From: Actinomycetota bacterium
GTDB lineage: Bacteria > Actinomycetota > Acidimicrobiia > Spongiisociales > UBA11373
Assembly (NCBI GenBank): GCA_003486285.1
Contig: DNGH01000057.1
Span: 818-27,054 of the forward strand
Length of the DNA: 26,237 nt
Direction of reading: 5' to 3'
In this document: piece by piece, positions 22,179 through 26,237 of the stretch
Position numbering within the stretch: the stretch's first letter is position 1
Layout of the letters: each line of letters starts with the position of its first letter
The notes under the pieces: generated by a model
The model's database searches: none
Seen by the model: the letters and a program-made list of their open reading frames with translations, nothing else
What the model was told of the DNA's origin: nothing
Position numbers and translations under genes: made by a program

Positions 22179-23107
22179 GCGGCGACTTCCTTGCGGGTGT
22201 CATGGACGACCCTCGCGTCGAGGAGGTGATCGTGCTCGGTGGCCACCGCACCTTCGTCGTCCGCGATGGCGTCAAGGTGCTGCTTCCGGAGGTCGTCGAT
22301 CACGAGGAGGTTCGAGGATTCGTCGAGCGCCTACTCGCCGGGACCGGACGCCGTCTCGATCTGGCCAGCCCGATCGTGTCTGCTCAGCTCTCGGATGGAT
22401 CTCGAATCCACGTCACCGGACCCCCGGTCACCCACCCGGGGCGACTCAATGTGCAGATCCGGCGGTTCGTCCTCGCCGCCGGTGGCCTGGAGCGTCTCGT
22501 GGAGCTCGGATCGATGCCGGCGGCGGTCGCCGACTTGCTCGCCACGGCCGTGCGTGAGGATCGAACCATCCTCGTGGCTGGAGCCCCGGGAGCGGGCAAG
22601 ACGACCCTGGTCAACTGCCTCCTTGCCGAAGTGCCACCGGATCGGCGCGTCGTCACCTGCGAGGAGGTCTTCGAGATCTCCGTCGACCTGCCCGACATCA
22701 CCCAGATGCAGACTCGCGAAGAGGGATTGGATGGTGGTGGCGCCATCACCCTGCGCGATCTGGTCCGATCGTCACTGCGACAGCGGCCCGATCGCATCGT
22801 CGTCGGCGAGGTGCGTGGCCCCGAAGCCCTCGATCTACTCCTTGCCCTGAACGCCGGCTGCTCGGGCCTCGCCACCCTCCATGCCAACTCGGCGATCGAT
22901 GCTCTCGACAAGGTGGTGGGCTACTGCGTGCTGGCCGGCCACAACGTCATCGTCGAGTACGTGAGATCGGCGCTCGCGTCGGTCACCGATCTGGTGGTGT
23001 ACCTGCGGCGGGTTCCCGGGGCGCGCTACATCGAGCAGGTGCTCGAGGTGGCCGGGTGGGATGGCGTCTGGAGCCACCGGGTCCTGTACGAGTCGGAGCA
23101 CCGATGA
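22175..23107 (+). CDS. tadA: Tad secretion ATPase CpaF/TadA
   Basis: DP.VEEV, RLDLASPIVSAQL.DGSR, Walker A GAPGAGKT, E..E, LRQRPDRIVVGEVRG, TLHANS; GTGA-coupled start. Confidence 0.93.
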   Translation: MSGDFLAGVMDDPRVEEVIVLGGHRTFVVRDGVKVLLPEVVDHEEVRGFVERLLAGTGRRLDLASPIVSAQLSDGSRIHVTGPPVTHPGRLNVQIRRFVLAAGGLERLVELGSMPAAVADLLATAVREDRTILVAGAPGAGKTTLVNCLLAEVPPDRRVVTCEEVFEISVDLPDITQMQTREEGLDGGGAITLRDLVRSSLRQRPDRIVVGEVRGPEALDLLLALNAGCSGLATLHANSAIDALDKVVGYCVLAGHNVIVEYVRSALASVTDLVVYLRRVPGARYIEQVLEVAGWDGVWSHRVLYESEHR

Positions 23108-23880
23108 GGGCCGTAGCGGTGCTCGCCGCCACCGGCTCTCTGGCCGTCGTGCTGAGCCGGCCGCACCGGGTATCGGTGACCCTCCCGGACGCGGCTCTCA
23201 TCGCGAGCTCGGGCATCGCCTTCGTGGTCGGGACGCTCGCGGCACTCGCCCTGGGGTTACACGGAATGGTCCCGATCGCGGTCGGTGTGTTCACCACCAC
23301 GCTGCCGGGAGCCCGCCGGCATCGCTCCCGGGAGCGCGACCTGCGGCGCGAGGCGGCGCGCTGGCCCGACTTCCTGGCGGCGGTCAGGAGCCGATTGGCG
23401 ACCGGGGTTGCCATCCCGGCGGCGTGCGCCGACGCCGGACGCCACATCGGGGGCCGCTTCCTGCTGCTCACCGCGCCCCCGGGTCTGCCGTTTGCCGACG
23501 TGATCGCAACGGCCCGCCACGAGTGGTCTGAGCCTCTCGCCGATCGCATCCTCACGACGCTCGAGGTCGCCAACGCGGTCGGAGGATCTCATGTCGGCGT
23601 CGTGCTGGGGACGCTGGTTGCGTCGGTGAACGACGACCTGCGGCTGCGCCGGGCCCACGATGCCGCACTGACCGAACAGCGTCTCACCGCGGCGGTGGCC
23701 CTGCTCGCACCCTGGGTGATCCTGGCCCTGAGCGTCGCCACGAACCCGGTGTCGGCGGAGGCCTTCTCCACCTCCACCGGCAACCTCATCATCGGCGGGG
23801 GACTCGCCGCCACCGTCGTGGGGTACATCCTCGCCCGGAGGTCGGCCCGGCTGTCGCGCCCCCCGAGGTTGTTCTCATGA
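23104..23880 (+). CDS. tadB: Tad inner-membrane platform protein TadB (T2SSF family)
   Basis: WPDFL..V.S.L..G, GG.....VL..L, C-terminal two-TM hairpin; follows tadA. Confidence 0.85.
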   Translation: MRAVAVLAATGSLAVVLSRPHRVSVTLPDAALIASSGIAFVVGTLAALALGLHGMVPIAVGVFTTTLPGARRHRSRERDLRREAARWPDFLAAVRSRLATGVAIPAACADAGRHIGGRFLLLTAPPGLPFADVIATARHEWSEPLADRILTTLEVANAVGGSHVGVVLGTLVASVNDDLRLRRAHDAALTEQRLTAAVALLAPWVILALSVATNPVSAEAFSTSTGNLIIGGGLAATVVGYILARRSARLSRPPRLFS

Positions 23881-24602
23881 CCGCCATCCTGATCGGGGGC
23901 GCATTCGGACTCGGCGTCCTCGCCGTGCGGGCGCACCGCGTCGAGCCCGGGATGTACCTCGGCGAGACCCCCACTGCCGCGGTCCGCTGGGTGCGCCGCG
24001 GGCACCACCTCCCAGCGGGAGCCATGTGGGGAGGGGGCACCGGCCTGATGGCGGGAACTGCTGCCCCCGGACGGACCGCTCCTCTGATGATTCTCGGAGC
24101 GCTCGCCGGTGCCCTCGTCACCCGCGCCGTCGCCACCACTCGGATGCAGCGCCGCTCCCGGCATCTGGCGCAGGAACTTCCCACGATCGCCGACACGCTC
24201 GCTCTCTACGTCCTTGCCGGCGAGTCGGTGGTCGGCGCCATACGGCGCCTCCTCGCCGCGTGCCGCGGAGTGGCCGCGGAGGAACTCGCCGCGGCGGCCG
24301 CCGACCCGGCAGGTCTCGAGACGGGGCTGCGTGCTGCAGCCGTCGGGTCGAGCCATCCCGACGCTGCCCGGCTCTACGAGTTGCTCGGACATGCGCACCG
24401 CACCGGGGGCCGGCTCGCCGAGTCACTGACGGAACTCGCTGCCGACTACCGCGCCGCGCTCACTGTCGAACTCACCGCCGAAGGCGGGCGGCGCGCCCTG
24501 GCGGCATATGGGCCGATCCTCGCCTTCATGATCCCCGTCACCCTCGTCTTCCTCATGTACCCGACCCTGGCAGGGCTCAGGGCCCTGTCATCCAACCCAT
24601 GA
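23877..24602 (+). CDS. tadC: Tad inner-membrane platform protein TadC (T2SSF family)
   Basis: ELP..AD.LAL...AGES, TGG.LAESL..LA...R, P...F..P..LVFL.YP; ATGA-coupled. Confidence 0.88.
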   Translation: MTAILIGGAFGLGVLAVRAHRVEPGMYLGETPTAAVRWVRRGHHLPAGAMWGGGTGLMAGTAAPGRTAPLMILGALAGALVTRAVATTRMQRRSRHLAQELPTIADTLALYVLAGESVVGAIRRLLAACRGVAAEELAAAAADPAGLETGLRAAAVGSSHPDAARLYELLGHAHRTGGRLAESLTELAADYRAALTVELTAEGGRRALAAYGPILAFMIPVTLVFLMYPTLAGLRALSSNP

Positions 24603-24614
24603 AAGGAGAGGCCA

Positions 24615-24788
24615 GTGTCCATCTTCCATCGATTCCGCTCCGACGAGCGGGGAGTCACCACCGTCGAGTGGCTCGGCATGGCAGCGATCGCCGTTCTGGT
24701 GATTGCAGTCCTGCTGCCGCAGGTTCGCGGCGCAGCCGAAGACCTGTGGAACTCGATCGTCGGACAACTCACCGGATTTCTCGCCTAG
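24615..24788 (+). CDS. flp: Flp family major pilin (57 aa; absent from the supplied ORF track)
   Basis: MSIFHRFRSDERG|VTTVEWLGMAAIAVLVIAVLL: class III signal peptide with G at -1 and E at +5; strong RBS AAAGGAG. Confidence 0.9.
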   Translation: MSIFHRFRSDERGVTTVEWLGMAAIAVLVIAVLLPQVRGAAEDLWNSIVGQLTGFLA

Positions 24789-25144
24789 ATGCCGGAAGCG
24801 TGGTGCTGGAGGAGGTCGCCGCGATCGCGGCGACCTTCCTCCTGCTCACCGTCATGGTCCAGGTGGCCACCGCCATGACTGCCCGCTCTGCTGCAGACGC
24901 CGCCATCGCAGCCGCGGTCCGCCGCGCTGCTCTCCCCGATGCCGACCTCGTGCTCGAGGAGTCACGGCTCGCAGAGGCAATCACCGCGATGGTTCCCGGA
25001 GTCACCGCGGTGACGGTGGACCTGCAGAGGGGTGCTTGGGCGGCCGCCGGGGTCGCCCACTTCGAGTGGATCCCGCCAGGCCCGGTGCTCGTCCCGATTC
25101 GTATCACTCTCCGAGCCGAGGTTCCCCTTGCGGTCGAACCATGA
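24746..25144 (+). CDS. TadE-like minor pilin
   Basis: RISRLDAG|SVVLEE plus a hydrophobic helix. The nearest in-frame start upstream of the cleavage Gly is GTG 24746, inside flp, so the start is uncertain. Confidence 0.75.
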   Translation: MELDRRTTHRISRLDAGSVVLEEVAAIAATFLLLTVMVQVATAMTARSAADAAIAAAVRRAALPDADLVLEESRLAEAITAMVPGVTAVTVDLQRGAWAAAGVAHFEWIPPGPVLVPIRITLRAEVPLAVEP

Positions 25145-25493
25145 ATCCGGATCCGTCCTCGCCGCCGATCTGGTCCTGGCGGCCGCCATCATCCTCGTGG
25201 TCTCGGCCACGGCCACCGCCTTCGGGACGGTGGCCGGCGCCGGCCAGGATCACACCGAAGCCGCCCGCAATGCCGCGGTCGTCGCGGCCCGCGGCGAACT
25301 GGATCGAGCCCTCGACGTCGCGTCACGGCTGTCGCCCGGGTCCGAAGTCTCGATGTCCGTGTCGGCCGATCGAATCGCGGTACGGATCTCCTCGGTGGTC
25401 GCCACCCCGCACCCGGTGCTCCGCTGGACCAGCCTCACGGTTCGCGGCGAAGCCGCGGTCCCGGTGGCCCCGTATCGCTCCGGTCGTGGCTGA
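25128..25493 (+). CDS. TadE/TadF-like minor pilin
   Basis: TTG start with GAGG upstream; MRSNHESG|SVLAADLVLAAAIILVV; AARNAA..AA motif. Confidence 0.75.
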   Translation: MRSNHESGSVLAADLVLAAAIILVVSATATAFGTVAGAGQDHTEAARNAAVVAARGELDRALDVASRLSPGSEVSMSVSADRIAVRISSVVATPHPVLRWTSLTVRGEAAVPVAPYRSGRG

Positions 25494-25872
25494 GAGAGGC
25501 GCGGCTCACCTCGTTCTGGTGGCGCTGCTGTTTGCGGCCACCCTGATGCTGGGGCTGGCTGTGGACATCACCCGCATCGGCATCGCGTGGCGCGAGGCCT
25601 CTCACCTCGCCGCTGCGGCCGCGGAGGCTGGTGCCGGATGGATCGACGTCACGGCGGCGCGCGACGACCGGATCGTGGTCGACCCGGCCGCCGCCAGGAC
25701 CGCGGCCCGAGCGGTCGCCGGTGGCGGTGGCAGGGTCGTCGTGGTCGACGCGTCTCCCCACCGGGTGTGCGTGCGGGTATCGATCCGGGTCGAGCCGAGC
25801 CTGCTCGCACTGGTGGGGGCCGCCCCCAAGGACGTGGCCGCCACGGCCTGCGCCGAACCCCGCGTCGGCTGA
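25486..25872 (+). CDS. TadG-like minor pilin
   Basis: MAERG|AAHLVLVALLFAATLMLGLAVD...A..AA.AGA; two Cys in the C-terminal beta region. Confidence 0.82.
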   Translation: MAERGAAHLVLVALLFAATLMLGLAVDITRIGIAWREASHLAAAAAEAGAGWIDVTAARDDRIVVDPAAARTAARAVAGGGGRVVVVDASPHRVCVRVSIRVEPSLLALVGAAPKDVAATACAEPRVG

Positions 25873-25937
25873 GCCTTATCCCCCCATCCCTCGCGGCCCC
25901 CGACCCCGGTGTCGAGGGCCGGGTACTCTCGCGTCCC

Positions 25938-26237
25938 ATGACCCAGCTCGGACTGCTCGCCGAACTGGTCGAGGACGTCGCCAAGGACCTCGGCCCCCAG
26001 GTGGAGTCGCTCACCCAGGATCAGATCGACTGGTTCCCCCGGCCCGAGGGCAACTCGATCGGGGTCACGATCTGGCATCTGGCGCGGGGCATGGACCTGC
26101 TGGCGGCGCGGGTGATGCGCGGCGAACCGGCCGAGAGCGAGATGTGGCACACCGCGGGATGGCGCGATCGGACCGGATACGACCCCCGCGGCGTCGGGTA
26201 CGGCGGCTGGGGTGTGATCACCGGCTACACCTGGCCC
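25938..26237 (+). CDS. DinB-superfamily protein (partial, runs off the window)
   Basis: My translation, not in the track: MTQLGLLAELVEDVAKDLGPQVESLTQDQIDWFPRPEGNSIGVTIWHLARGMD; the NSIG..IWHL motif is typical of DinB; TACTCT 8 nt upstream. Confidence 0.8.
   Translation, partial: MTQLGLLAELVEDVAKDLGPQVESLTQDQIDWFPRPEGNSIGVTIWHLARGMDLLAARVMRGEPAESEMWHTAGWRDRTGYDPRGVGYGGWGVITGYTWP

Noticed and set aside
24789-24878. ATG immediately after the flp stop as the start of the next gene
   Set aside because: That frame gives a 29-aa non-pilin peptide; the pilin motif is in another frame.
24703-25485. Long ORF 24703-25872, or ATGA-coupled ATG 25141, fused to TadG
   Set aside because: The extension is Pro/Ser/Arg-rich shadow sequence overlapping two good pilin genes, and TadG has its own signal peptide at 25486.
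1-26237. CRISPR array, tRNA, rRNA or IS element
   Set aside because: No repeat-spacer pattern, cloverleaf/T-loop signature, transposase motif or terminal inverted repeats seen by eye; the heptamer arrays have no spacers.

Overview
A very GC-rich bacterial chromosomal window. Gene content points to Actinomycetota, plausibly Acidimicrobiia (inference from clpS-DUF2017, an XRE/HBHA-like pair, glnE, leaderless promoters and a secretin-less Tad locus). In order it carries three glycosyltransferases; a minus-strand block of a fold-IV aminotransferase, ATP-dependent PEP carboxykinase and a coupled hypothetical gene; glnE; a regulated type I-beta DAHP synthase; an XRE regulator plus HBHA/phasin-like gene; DUF4332; a MocA-like nucleotidyltransferase; alanine dehydrogenase; and an HTH_17-clpS-DUF2017 operon. 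An accessory stretch follows (adenylate cyclase-STAND-TPR protein, an uncharacterised Cys/His protein coupled to a 41-aa acidic Pro-periodic peptide, a GMC oxidoreductase remnant, vapBC, a membrane protein). The window ends with a compact Tad/Flp pilus operon and the start of a DinB-family gene. The best candidate for an undescribed system is the two-gene module at 17209-18116. Other notable signals are paired period-7 repeat arrays that could fold into G-U-rich hairpins, a 17-aa poly-proline sORF with a strong RBS, a Lys-to-Met change at a PEPCK metal ligand, and a phased GCTAGC operator. No tRNA, rRNA, CRISPR array, transposase or integrase was recognised. All family calls are by motif recognition, without database searches.
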